A stretch of DNA of 64,000 bases from Sedimentisphaerales bacterium (GCA_963663965.2 CAXXFK010000001.1:160001-224000); one strand, 5' to 3'. Numbered from the stretch's first letter, positions 32,724 through 43,600 are shown. Notes: generated by a model not told the origin, from the sequence alone. Numbers and translations: made by a program.

Positions 32724-35700
32724 TCATCGTTCCAGCCAATACCCCGCCACTTCCATCAGATCATCCATCCCAAACTCATCCAGCCATTCCGCTGATACTG
32801 CCGCGTAATCTTCCATATCCACCCCATACCTCCCGGCAGTATCCCCCGGTATATCCCGTTGCCACCAGAGCATAGGATACCCTGTTGCTTGATAAGGCAT
32901 GTGCCAGATATCCGTTACCCCATTTAGTAATTCTCCAGAAAAATCCCACCCAGCCTTAAGAAAAGTATCAATTGTCTGCATCTCGCTTGTCCTCTTGCCG
33001 ATCGCCCCCTTGTCTGTATCTCCAGGAGAACCCGTTTTTGTAGTTTCAACATCCCAGAAACTACTGTTGATCTCACCCCAACACGTATCACATAGACCGC
33101 CAATAGAATTTATTGCATTAACCAAAGCGCCGGTAGCATAACATTGTTCAATCACACCTCGGTTCACACTACATAAACCACCAAGATTACTACCATTAGC
33201 TGACGCGTCACTGGTAGCGTAACACTGTTTAATAATACCATAATCTCCATTGTATCCACATAATCCACCTACATAACCCCCATTGCCCGTTACTGAACCT
33301 GAGGCAAAACTCTGAACGACCATGCCAATATTTCTTCCACTTAATCCGCCAATATAATACCCATCACCAACCACCTCACCCGAAACACTACACATTTGAA
33401 CACTGCCATAATTATATCCAACCAAGCCTCCTACAAAATATCGCCCTGAAATAATACTAGTTTCAACGCATAATCCTTTCACATGCCCCGTAGTACCAAT
33501 ACAACCAAACACCCCGACATAATCGCTTGACGGCATCACCATCGATAGATTCGACAGAATATGACCGCCACCATTGAAACTGCCGGCAAAGGCATTGATA
33601 TCATCGTAACCTATCCGATACATGCTTACATTGGATAGATCCAGATCCCTCATCAACTGATAATGCTGATCCCAGTAATAGCTTCCCATACTAATCTGAA
33701 GTAATTCATCCACACTGTTAATTTGCCAGGGATCTTCCAGACTGCCGCTACCGGATAATGCCACCTCGGGTTCCCGGATCATCTCACCGCCAGTCATTTC
33801 CCAGGCCAGATGGGGATAACTATTTTCGGGTAATAGCCAATCAGCGCCGCCCCATCCATTGGCGCTATAATAGGCCACAGACTGCATCTGGTCAGTAGTT
33901 AATCCTAACCCCCCATAGCTGCCTGATTGCCCGCTGACCTCAATATCCCACAAGCTATCTTTGCATTCTCCTTCATTTGTTCCGCATAATCCACCCACTC
34001 GTTCACCATGTTGGGACACCACACTGGTAGAATAACATTGATTGACTTTGGCGCTATTAACTCCACACAAACCGCCTAGACTGCCGCCCTCATTATTTAA
34101 CAATATGCTGGATACATAACTCTGGTTGATTATACAATTTTCATAATTATATCCGCACAATCCGCCGATAAGTCCAATATTGTTCATTAAGGCACTAGTG
34201 GCATAACACTGGGTTATTGAAGCGTCGGTACCCGTATTCATTCCACATAATCCTCCAACATAACCATAATTCCCCATTAATACGCTGGTCGCATAACTCT
34301 GTTTGATCTTTCCTGAGTTCATTCCGCAAAGACCACCGGCGGCTCTATCGCTATCGGTTATAAATCCAGAACTTGAACTATGACTTATTTCACCGCCATT
34401 ATTATATCCACACAGACCGCCAACATAAGCCCGCCCCGATACGATAGTATCCACTACCCCTAAATTTTCCACCTGTCCCCCATTACCAATAAAACCAAAT
34501 AATCCGACATAATTACTTGCCGGCATCAATAGTAACAGATTCGATATTGTATGGCCGTCACCATGAAATTGACCGGTAAAGGCATTAACGCCATCGTATC
34601 CAATTCGTCGCATCTCGATACCTGTTAAATCCAGATCCGCTACCAGTTGATAATTTTTATCCCAGAAACAACTTCCCATGCTGATCTGCACTAAATCGTC
34701 TTCGCAGGCTATTTGCCAGGGATTCTCCATACTACCGTCGCCTGACATGGTTACGATCGGCTCGCTAATCGGCTCGCCGCCTGCCATTTCCCAGGCCAGA
34801 CGTGGGTAACTATTCAAAGGTTTTGTCCAGATAGTACTACTCCATCCATTAGCGCTATAATAATCCATCGATTGCATCTGGGCCGTAGTCAAACCTATCC
34901 CCCAAAAACATTCTGCCTGTCCGCTGACGTCAATATCCCATATGCAATCTTTATATGTACCGCTATCCGACAATTGACTGGCCATGCGTTCCTCATCACC
35001 CATGATCAGACATGCAGAGTAACATTGATTTACCGTTCCAGAGTTAATTCTACATAAACCACCGGCGAGACCTGCACTCCGCACGATTCCCGTCGTATAA
35101 CACTGGCTAATTGAGCCCGTGCTCCAACCGCATATCCCCCCGGCATAATCAGAAAAAGCGGTAATTTCACCTGAAGCATAACACTGTTCAATACTGCCTT
35201 CATTATATCCACACAATCCGCCAACTATGTCATAACCGGAAATAGTGCTGCTTTTCAATCCCAGTTCCATTACCCGTCCTTCAACTCCGATAAAACCAAA
35301 TAAACCAACATTACTGGAATAAGGCATTGATAATTCCAGGTTTGATATGGTATGGCCGCCTCCATTAAAATTGCCTCTAAAGGCATTGTAGGCATCATAA
35401 CCGATTTGAGGCATAATAAGACCCGATAAATCCAGATCCGCTGTCAGTTGAAGATGTTTATCCCAATAAAAACTCCCCATACCAACCTGAATTAGATCAG
35501 CCTCACAGGTAATTTGCCAGGGTTCTTCGGCGCTGCCATTACCTGACATGGTTACTTCCGGTTCGCTAATCAATTCTCCCCCTGCCATTTCCCAGGACAA
35601 ACGAGGATAACTATTCTCCGCCAATGTCCAGATTTCGCCGGCCCACCCGTTGATGCCGTAAAATACCCTCGACTGCATCTGTGCAGTAGTCAACCCTTTG

Positions 35701-36653
35701 CCGCCAAAACTGAATGCTTGCCCGCTGGTCTCCCTATCCCACAAACAATCTTTAATTATTGAATCGCTCAGCTTATATCCACAAAAACCACCGACACCCA
35801 AGCTACTGCCTGTATAGGTCACCAAACCAGTTGAATAACATTGGTTAATTGTTCCACCAATACTATCACCGCACAGACCGCCTAACCTAAATCTCCCACC
35901 CACTTTACCAGTGGCATAACAATAGGTAATAACACTACGGTTAGATCCACATAATCCACCGACAATATCACCGTCAAAAAATGATAAGGATGAGAAACTC
36001 TGATCGATTAGACCATTATTCCATCCGCATAATCCACCGACATAACGCCCTCCCCATATCTCTTTCGCCCCGGCAGTATAGCAATGGGTTATACTGCCAT
36101 AATTAATTCCACAAAGACCGCCTTTTTCTGAAGTACCGATAACGTTACATTCTTTGGAATAACAGTGACTAATCATTCCGGAATTTCTCCCGCATAAACT
36201 GCCGACATATCGATCGCCTGCCATGATTTTACAATTGACTAAACCCAGATTTCTAATCTTCCCAGACAAACCAACAGATCCGATCAGCCCACGAAAACTT
36301 TGCGTCCCGCCAAATTCATAGATTACGAAGTTTTGTATAACATGTCCTTGCCCATCTAAAACACCATTAAACTCCACTCCCTGCCATTCCTCATCCCTCT
36401 TATCCGTATCGGGAGCGATTGGCTGAATTTCATTCCCATTAAAATCAATGTCAGCGATAAGAATAATATACTTATTCCAATCCTCCGAACTATACTTCAG
36501 ATTTATCCAATCATTTGTGGTTCCTATCTGATACGGATCATCTTCTGTCCCGCTTCCACCTGAATATTTGCCCCAACTGGTGCCACTCAATACAACGGTA
36601 ATAATAACGGCAAAAACAATCCGATTCATCGATAATCCAACCTGCATTTTCAT
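32724..36653 (-). CDS. Large secreted GLUG-motif repeat protein with dockerin-like tail
   Basis: Many VGGLCGxN motifs; four SGxG(S/T)xExP(W/Y)QI...LxADLD super-repeats; tail GDTAGRYGVDMEDYAAVSAEWL; RBS AGGAG before 36653. Confidence 0.88.
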   Translation of the reverse strand: MKMQVGLSMNRIVFAVIITVVLSGTSWGKYSGGSGTEDDPYQIGTTNDWINLKYSSEDWNKYIILIADIDFNGNEIQPIAPDTDKRDEEWQGVEFNGVLDGQGHVIQNFVIYEFGGTQSFRGLIGSVGLSGKIRNLGLVNCKIMAGDRYVGSLCGRNSGMISHCYSKECNVIGTSEKGGLCGINYGSITHCYTAGAKEIWGGRYVGGLCGWNNGLIDQSFSSLSFFDGDIVGGLCGSNRSVITYCYATGKVGGRFRLGGLCGDSIGGTINQCYSTGLVTYTGSSLGVGGFCGYKLSDSIIKDCLWDRETSGQAFSFGGKGLTTAQMQSRVFYGINGWAGEIWTLAENSYPRLSWEMAGGELISEPEVTMSGNGSAEEPWQITCEADLIQVGMGSFYWDKHLQLTADLDLSGLIMPQIGYDAYNAFRGNFNGGGHTISNLELSMPYSSNVGLFGFIGVEGRVMELGLKSSTISGYDIVGGLCGYNEGSIEQCYASGEITAFSDYAGGICGWSTGSISQCYTTGIVRSAGLAGGLCRINSGTVNQCYSACLIMGDEERMASQLSDSGTYKDCIWDIDVSGQAECFWGIGLTTAQMQSMDYYSANGWSSTIWTKPLNSYPRLAWEMAGGEPISEPIVTMSGDGSMENPWQIACEDDLVQISMGSCFWDKNYQLVADLDLTGIEMRRIGYDGVNAFTGQFHGDGHTISNLLLLMPASNYVGLFGFIGNGGQVENLGVVDTIVSGRAYVGGLCGYNNGGEISHSSSSGFITDSDRAAGGLCGMNSGKIKQSYATSVLMGNYGYVGGLCGMNTGTDASITQCYATSALMNNIGLIGGLCGYNYENCIINQSYVSSILLNNEGGSLGGLCGVNSAKVNQCYSTSVVSQHGERVGGLCGTNEGECKDSLWDIEVSGQSGSYGGLGLTTDQMQSVAYYSANGWGGADWLLPENSYPHLAWEMTGGEMIREPEVALSGSGSLEDPWQINSVDELLQISMGSYYWDQHYQLMRDLDLSNVSMYRIGYDDINAFAGSFNGGGHILSNLSMVMPSSDYVGVFGCIGTTGHVKGLCVETSIISGRYFVGGLVGYNYGSVQMCSVSGEVVGDGYYIGGLSGRNIGMVVQSFASGSVTGNGGYVGGLCGYNGDYGIIKQCYATSDASANGSNLGGLCSVNRGVIEQCYATGALVNAINSIGGLCDTCWGEINSSFWDVETTKTGSPGDTDKGAIGKRTSEMQTIDTFLKAGWDFSGELLNGVTDIWHMPYQATGYPMLWWQRDIPGDTAGRYGVDMEDYAAVSAEWLDEFGMDDLMEVAGYWLER

Positions 36654-36884
36654 GTCTCCTGTTAAAACGTAACACACCCCCGCCCGCAGGCGGATTCCTT
36701 AATTTTCTTAGTTCATCTCTTATAGTAGACAAATACACCCGGCAGACCACTCACCTACCGGACATAAAATAATTATAACACATCTTTATATAAAAACAAA
36801 TATATCTACCATGAATTATAAAATGATTTACAAAAATTTAAACAACTATGAAATAAACAGCCTTCTTGGCTTTTTTCTTCATGC

Positions 36885-37675
36885 CCGGTTAGCTTAGTTT
36901 GTGTGTACCCCGATTGTTATACCTGGTTTTTTCGATCCTGTAATCCTTACTAAAAGGTCTGGTATATTTTCTTAACCTTCGTGCAGCGCCGCAGGTCGAA
37001 AGATCCACCTCAGGAGTGTCGAAGATCCGCCTCAGGCGGAACGCTCCGTGGTTCAACCAGCTGTTATATTAAATCCAAAATCCCTTTTTTTCAAATCCTG
37101 TCAATGAGCTGAAAGCCCCGGATATTGAGTAAACTGAAATCCCGAGCCATTGGGATCGGGATGATCCCGTCTAAAAAGCCTTTTATTTTCTTCTCTGCTC
37201 TTTGACAACCACCTGCCATTTCCTCTTTGGTAAAATACCGCCCTTATTTTCTAATTTAATAAATTCATTGATCATACCTTATTTTTTCCGTGTGTTCCGT
37301 GTGTTTTGTGGTTCTATCTTCTTTTATCATAATCACTTATATTTTTTTCCCGATTCCATCTGCGGATAAACCGGCCGTTAATTCTTCCTCTTAACTTCAT
37401 GCTCTTCACGATCTTCATGGTAAAACCCTGCCTTTAAAAATTTAACTCGTAGCGCAGCCACTCTTTTTTTCATCCCTTTCTCAGTTCTATCTTCTTTATT
37501 TTTAATTGCTTCACCCTGATTCCTTCCGTGTATTCCGTGTATTCCGTGGTCATATCTTCTTATATTTCAATATCTTAACTAATTTTTATCTGCGTCTATC
37601 TGCGTTCATCTGCGGATAAACCGGTCGTTAATTCTTCCTCTTAACTTCATGCTCTTCACGATCTTCATGGTGAAA
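36885..37675 (+). repeat. Second large tandem-repeat mosaic with boxA and a 65-bp direct repeat
   Basis: 36976-37070 is homologous to 31156-31270; TGCTCTTTGACAA at 37196; 37357-37421 repeats at 37607-37671 with one mismatch. Confidence 0.75.
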
Positions 37676-37719
37676 GTATCTTATATTATGTATTTAATAC
37701 AAATAACATAATATTTTAT

Positions 37720-37748
37720 TTGACTATTATTGAAATATGATCTATAAT
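37720..37748 (+). promoter_or_regulatory. Near-consensus sigma70 promoter
   Basis: TTGACT-17 nt-TATAAT upstream of RBS AAAGGAGG and ATG 37810. Confidence 0.7.
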
Positions 37749-37809
37749 CCCAACAGTCGGCCACCAACGGTCAAACTCAGAACATTACTAAGGTTAAAAG
37801 GAGGCTCCC

Positions 37810-38635
37810 ATGAATCGTTCCATGCAAATTCTCGCCCGTGCCCAATACTACCACCACCCCCGAAATCGATGACATTTTCCTCGCCACCATCAACACCACC
37901 CGCCGCCAGCATCAATATATCATCGACACCCACTCCTACCACTGCGAACTGGCCGGCCTCATCGCATACGACCGCCGCGACTACAAACTCCGCGCCACCC
38001 GCGCCGGCCACCAGGCCCTCCAACGCCTCGTCGTCCAGTCCCGCTCCGACAACAACGTCACCGCCCGCCGCGCCACCGCCCAACTCATCCAGCAATTCAT
38101 CACCGTTTCCAACTCCTTCAAAGATTGCCTCCCCGATGGCCCGCCCACCAACCTGGAATACCAGCAGATCATCCAGCAATCCAAAGAAATCCTCTTCGAA
38201 GCTGGCTACCAGATCACCCCCGCCATCCAGTGCGACCCCAACGCCACCCCCGAACCCGATAAACAACCCGAAACCCCGCCAATGCCAAACGAACCCAATG
38301 TTGCAAATTATGACCATAAAACAAGCAATAACAACAACTTAAAAGCATATAACCCAACCCATAACAACCACCGCAACCCCAACTCCCAGCCCGACAATTC
38401 CCAACCCGATCCACAGAACCCAACGCCCCATCAATACACCCCCAGCCACTCCAACACCCCCCCAGTGCCAAACGTTGAGCACAGCGAAATCCCGATCCAT
38501 CGAGAAACCCAATCCAATCAATTCGCAAATCGAAACGAACCCAATGTTGGCAATTACGACTATAACACCAATTATAAAAACGACTTATCATCATACACTC
38601 CAACAGACACCACAATCAAATGCCGTCATTACTAA
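37810..38635 (+). CDS. Hypothetical protein with low-complexity NEPN-repeat C-terminus (one +1 frameshift near 37857-37861)
   Basis: Strong RBS at ATG 37810; removing one C from a C5 run fuses MNRSMQILARAQYYHH to PEIDDIFL; two NEPNVxNYD repeats. Confidence 0.55.
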
Positions 38636-38867
38636 TCCCCAGAACCAACTTGCTTCCCCGAACCGCTACCGATAGGATTTCATACGAAACGCGAAAGAAA
38701 AACCAGAACCTTCAACACCAAAAATAATGACTTGCTCTTTGAAAACTGAATAATCCCGGCCAGACCGACCACCTGGTGTTTTAAAAAAACGAACCCATGA
38801 GGAAGCGAACCGGATTGTCCATACCCACCAACACAGGACCGCCCAGAAACTATTCATTACCCCAATC

Positions 38868-39942
38868 TCAATCCCATAACACCAGCCGGTCCACATGAAT
38901 CACCGCCTTGGTCCGGCCACGCGGCTTTTCTCCCAACATGGCGCTAAGCAGTTTGGAGGACAGATCGATCACCCCTTTGCCAATAGTACCCACCAGCACC
39001 ACGTCACCCGCCTTGAAATCACCGCTAACGCCTGTGATACCAGGCAATAACAAACTCCGATGCTGACGCAAAGCCTTTTCCCGCCCCCGCGTCGATCTGG
39101 ATCGTTCCTTTCTCCCTGGCATTCAGAATCCAGCGTTTATGATTACTCAACCGCCGCTTCGGTAGAAACAAAGTCCCCACTTCCTCCCCGGCTATTGCCC
39201 TCAAAATAAAATCCGGCTCCCGCCCATGCCCCAATATCACTTTGCATCCCCCCTGCGCCGCGATCTTGATAGCCGCTAGTTTCGTCTGCATCCCTCCCGT
39301 CCCAACCATAGAACCCGCAGTCCCGGCCATCTTCTTAACCGCCTCGGTAATTTCATAAACCACCGATTGACGCGTAGCGTCCGGATTCTTACGCGGATTC
39401 TTGTCATAAAGTCCATCCACATCGGTCAATATGATCAACAACTCCGCGTCAATTTTCGAAGCCACCAGCGCCGAAAGTTTGTCATTATCGCCAAACGCCA
39501 GATCGATCTCCGCGATCGAAACACAGTCATTCTCATTAATAATCGGCACCACCTTCATCGCCAGCAATTCTTCCATGGCGTTCTTGAGGTTGATATAATA
39601 CTTCCGGTTACTCATGTTTGTATCGGTCAGCAGCACCTGCGCGACCACCTGCCCATGCCGGGCAAACGCCTCCTGGTATTCATGCATCAAAATACTCTGC
39701 CCCACCGCCGCGCACGCCTGCCGTCGAACCACGCCATTAACCTTCCCCTTGATCGCCAGCGCGGATGCTCCCATTCCAATAGCGCCGGAAGTCACCAGAA
39801 TCACCTGGCGGCCCTGCCGGATCAATTCTGCGATCTGCCGGGCAATGATTCCCAGGAATTCGACATCGATCTGACTGTTCTTACTCAGCACATTGGTGCC
39901 GACTTTGATAACAACACGTTTAATATGACTGAAATCGCGCAT
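38868..39942 (-). CDS. proB: Glutamate 5-kinase with PUA domain (one extra G near 39079-39081)
   Basis: VIKVGT, VTSGAI, AAVGQ, PIINEND, FGDND.LS, TGGMQTK; the PUA part continues as DAGAEKALRQHRSLL after the indel. Confidence 0.93.
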
Positions 39943-39970
39943 ATGACTTTCGCAATCCGATAATTGATAA

Positions 39971-41248
39971 TTAGCTTGTTTTACGATGGATAAATGATTT
40001 TTTGCCACTGGCATAATCCGCCACAATATGCCCTTCTCCCGCCAGACGCCATTTATAAATGACCAGCCCTTCCAGACCCACCGGTCCCCGGGCATGAATC
40101 TTATTGGTACTGATCCCGACTTCCGCACCCAGCCCATATCGGAATCCATCGGCAAACCGGGTCGAACAGTTCCAGAATACATTGGCGCTATCCACCAGGC
40201 TCATAAATTGCCCGGCGTGGTCTTCAGATCGGGTCACAATCGCGTCGGTATGCCCCGATCCATAGGTATTGATATGCCGGATCGCTTCATCAAGCGAATC
40301 AACCACCCGGATGCTTAGTACCAGATCATTATACTCGGTCGCCCAGTCTTCATTGGTAGCAGGGTTGCAATCGATCATGGCCTGGCAAACCTCATCTCCT
40401 CTCAACTCAACGTGATTCGCCCCAAACGCCTCTGCCAGACGCGGCAATAGATCCACCGCTACGGACCGGTGAATCAGCAACGTTTCCATGGCATTACAAA
40501 CCGCTGGATATTGGCATTTCGAATCGACTGCCACGCGGATCGCCATCTCCGGATCGCATGGGTCATCAAGATAAACATGACATATTCCATCCGCGTGCCC
40601 CAGCACCGGGATACGGGTATTATCCATAATATACTTCACAAACGCATTTGAACCCCTCGGAATAATCAAATCGATAAATTCATCCAGAGCCAGCATCGCC
40701 GAAACCTCTTCTCGAGATTCCAGCAAGCCCATCCAACCCACCGGAATACCGGCTTCTAATGCCGCCCGGTTAATAATATCGGCAAGTACTCGATTCGTTC
40801 CCGCTGCCTCCGATCCCCCTTTCAGCAGTACTGCATTAGCGCTTTTCAACGCCAGCGTCGATATCTGCACCAGGGCATCCGGCCGCGATTCAAACACGAT
40901 CCCTAATACACCGATCGGGCAACTCACTTTGCTTAAATTCAATCCGCTATCAAGTTCAGTGGCATCCAGAACCTTCCCCACTGGATCGGGCAGTTGAATC
41001 AAAGAGCGAATCCCATCGATTACCGATTGCAATTTCACGCCGTCAAACTTGAGTCGCTTGATCAATACCGGGCTTATCTGGTCAGCCTGAGCGTTTTTAA
41101 TATCAGCCAGATTAGCCGAGATAATCTGCGACTCCTCCCTGGCCAACGCCTTTGCAATTGCTTCCAGGGCCTGGTTTTTCCGTTCGGTCGGGAGCGAAGC
41201 CATCAGATTCGAGGCTTGCCGTGCCTGTGATGCCAGATCTAAAATCAT
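39971..41248 (-). CDS. proA: Glutamate-5-semialdehyde dehydrogenase
   Basis: PIGVLGIVFESRP, LLKGGSEA, IIPRG, VCNAMETLL, HTDAI, STRFADG, GAEVGIST.KIHARGPVG. Confidence 0.96.
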   Translation of the reverse strand: MILDLASQARQASNLMASLPTERKNQALEAIAKALAREESQIISANLADIKNAQADQISPVLIKRLKFDGVKLQSVIDGIRSLIQLPDPVGKVLDATELDSGLNLSKVSCPIGVLGIVFESRPDALVQISTLALKSANAVLLKGGSEAAGTNRVLADIINRAALEAGIPVGWMGLLESREEVSAMLALDEFIDLIIPRGSNAFVKYIMDNTRIPVLGHADGICHVYLDDPCDPEMAIRVAVDSKCQYPAVCNAMETLLIHRSVAVDLLPRLAEAFGANHVELRGDEVCQAMIDCNPATNEDWATEYNDLVLSIRVVDSLDEAIRHINTYGSGHTDAIVTRSEDHAGQFMSLVDSANVFWNCSTRFADGFRYGLGAEVGISTNKIHARGPVGLEGLVIYKWRLAGEGHIVADYASGKKSFIHRKTS

Positions 41249-41457
41249 AGATAACCTTATTGCTGTTAATTTAGTTAAGTTATGCTTAACAATAGCCTTA
41301 TGATATTTTTTATGGATCAGCTGAATTTTTAGACTTCAAAATACCTTAACAATTTGCTAATAAGTAATTTATTCATAAAGCCGCAAAGAAATTCACTTTC
41401 TTTTCCCCAAAGACGGGAATATAATAACTATGCTATTATATAGGAGTTCTCAAAATA

Positions 41458-41691
41458 ATGTTTAATAGAAAAAATTGGTTCAAAGTAATCACAATATGCA
41501 CCCTGGCTATCGTTTGTACGTTGTATACAAATCAACCGGCTTCCGCTCAAGGCTATAATAATCAGGGAAGCCATAAAATAGCTGATGATAGTATGCCCTG
41601 GAAAGGCTGGCCCTGGCTGGTAGGTGCTTTATTTTCCGCGGGAACGCTGGCTGTAGGTTTTAAAAACGCCAAGCGTACCCATCTTGATTAA
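41458..41691 (+). CDS. Small protein with signal peptide and C-terminal TM plus basic tail
   Basis: RBS AGGAG; ends GFKNAKRTHLD. Confidence 0.6.
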   Translation: MFNRKNWFKVITICTLAIVCTLYTNQPASAQGYNNQGSHKIADDSMPWKGWPWLVGALFSAGTLAVGFKNAKRTHLD

Positions 41692-41758
41692 GAGAGTATT
41701 CATCTTCCTGTCATAAAAATTTAACTTGTTTTTTCCATCATGTTTTTTGGAGGCTTAT

Positions 41759-42040
41759 ATGAAACGATGGAATAATTTCTTTCTGGTTGCATTAATTTGC
41801 GTCAATATCGTTTTAATTGCGGGTATTATTCTGGAAACCACTGGCATGCCCAAAGCCTATGGTCAGGTACGGGCCAATGACTACATTCTCGTACCAGGCA
41901 GTGTTCAAATGGGTCAGCAGATTGTCTGGATTATCGATCTGAAAACCCATCAAATCACCAGTTGCCGGTTCAATGCCAATCGAAATATGATTGAATTTGG
42001 ACAGGTCACCGATGTCAACATTCCAGTTGCCGGCATGTAA
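41759..42040 (+). CDS. Small membrane-anchored hypothetical protein
   Basis: RBS GGAGG; N-terminal TM, then YILVPG...VWIIDLKTHQI. Confidence 0.6.
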   Translation: MKRWNNFFLVALICVNIVLIAGIILETTGMPKAYGQVRANDYILVPGSVQMGQQIVWIIDLKTHQITSCRFNANRNMIEFGQVTDVNIPVAGM

Positions 42041-42078
42041 TTAGTACATCCACACCCGTAATTTCAGGAAACTTAACC

Positions 42079-42438
42079 ATGAATGATAATCTTGTAATTT
42101 CGAAAACCAGTGTAATTGCACTATTAGTTATTACTGCGGTTATATTAAGTTGTGCCTGGGCATTAATCAGCGAACAAACGGCTCCAAGCAGTCCGGTTGG
42201 CGCAACTGCCCGGGGTGGATATTATATCATCACCACAACCGCTTCCCCCATGAACGGCCCCGACCAGCTCTGGATTGCTAATGTTGAAACCCAGCAACTT
42301 ATGCTGTTCGACACCCAAGCAGACGGCACGATCACCCCTCTGGCTGCGGCAGATCTTGAAATCGCATTCTCGCCAAGAACAATGAGAAATTTTGGCAATG
42401 CGCCTATTCCCGTTCCCGGCGGCGTTCCTGTTCGTTAA
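42079..42438 (+). CDS. Small membrane-anchored hypothetical protein (distant paralog of the previous gene)
   Basis: N-terminal TM, then YIITT...LWIANVETQQL. Confidence 0.6.
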   Translation: MNDNLVISKTSVIALLVITAVILSCAWALISEQTAPSSPVGATARGGYYIITTTASPMNGPDQLWIANVETQQLMLFDTQADGTITPLAAADLEIAFSPRTMRNFGNAPIPVPGGVPVR

Positions 42439-42465
42439 AACTTATTCCCATAGCAGGTAGAAATT

Positions 42466-42506
42466 AAAAAGAAACAGCCGTAAATTTTCGCGGCTGTTTC
42501 TTTTTT
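42466..42506. terminator. Bidirectional intrinsic terminator
   Basis: AAAAAGAAACAGCCG-N-CGGCTGTTTCTTTTT between convergent genes. Confidence 0.8.
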
Positions 42507-42586
42507 ATTATCTTGAACGACGATATCGTTCCATCTCAATGAGCCTTTGGTAAGATAAAGTTCCGGCCCATCAAAGATTATGAATT

Positions 42587-43201
42587 CTAGCTTTTATTCA
42601 CAAAATTAATCCGTCCGGTCTTTTTATCAAAGTTATCCATCATCGCTTCGATAATGCGGGCATCTTTGGGAATATGAATAGCAACCACTTCACCATCTTC
42701 GACCATCTTATAGGAGTGTTCCAGTACGCCATCAAATAAAACGGTCTGATCCGTTTCCAGCTGATAAGTTTCATCCTGCACAGTGAGTTCAACTTTTCCG
42801 GAAAGGACATAGCACAATTCATGGCAATCGTCGTGTAATTCCATATAATGGACGACTTTACCTTTTTCAGCAATGATCCTGATTATTTTGATTTTATCGA
42901 AAGAGGCCATAATGCAATTGTCGATTCCTTCGGCTTTTTTGGGATCGCCAATCTGGGTTATGGTTTTCGCTTTCCGGATCTGAACCATGCGCCTTTCGGC
43001 TAACTGCAGCAGGTTGCTGGCAGATAACTGCAAAATGCCGGCCAGAGAATCAAGTGTTTTCATCGAAGGCAGGCTTTTATTGGTTTCAAGAGCGGCCACT
43101 GTCGGATACGTTAAACTGGCTTTTTGGGCCAGTTGTTCCATTGTCATCCCCAACCGTCTGCGCAATACTCTGATAACGCCAAAGTTGTACTTACTAAACA
43201 T
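42587..43201 (-). CDS. XRE-family HTH + cupin transcriptional regulator
   Basis: IRVLRRRLGMTMEQLAQKA...LETNKSLPS HTH; H..CHELCYVLSG...H.Y cupin. Confidence 0.88.
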   Translation of the reverse strand: MFSKYNFGVIRVLRRRLGMTMEQLAQKASLTYPTVAALETNKSLPSMKTLDSLAGILQLSASNLLQLAERRMVQIRKAKTITQIGDPKKAEGIDNCIMASFDKIKIIRIIAEKGKVVHYMELHDDCHELCYVLSGKVELTVQDETYQLETDQTVLFDGVLEHSYKMVEDGEVVAIHIPKDARIIEAMMDNFDKKTGRINFVNKS

Positions 43202-43600
43202 AATTTCGGTCTCACCAATTCCAGGTTAATTTTTGGTATTAAAAAAATCAAAACAATAATAAAATCACGGTTCGCCGCCGACTCCCCTGGTTAGACATCG
43301 ACGCAATAGAACCATGTTTTATAACAAGTTGCCTCCAAGCACTGTAATTTTTACCCCAACTACTATCAATAAATGCACATCTATACTTAAGCAATTATCA
43401 TCAATAAATTACCTTAAACATAGCTTGATTATATAACACTATACACATCAATTATAAAACAATCAATATATAAATTCTTATAAAAAAATAAAATTACCAA
43501 AAAAGAAATCACCCGCGATAAAAGAATGATACTTTAATTAAAGCTAGTTAACAAATTTTGGCATAAATAAGACAATAATAAATACATGATAAATATGTAT

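Noticed and set aside
43261..43320. Small structured RNA upstream of the XRE regulator
   Set aside because: Only an imperfect inverted repeat; it could be an operator or chance, with no independent support.
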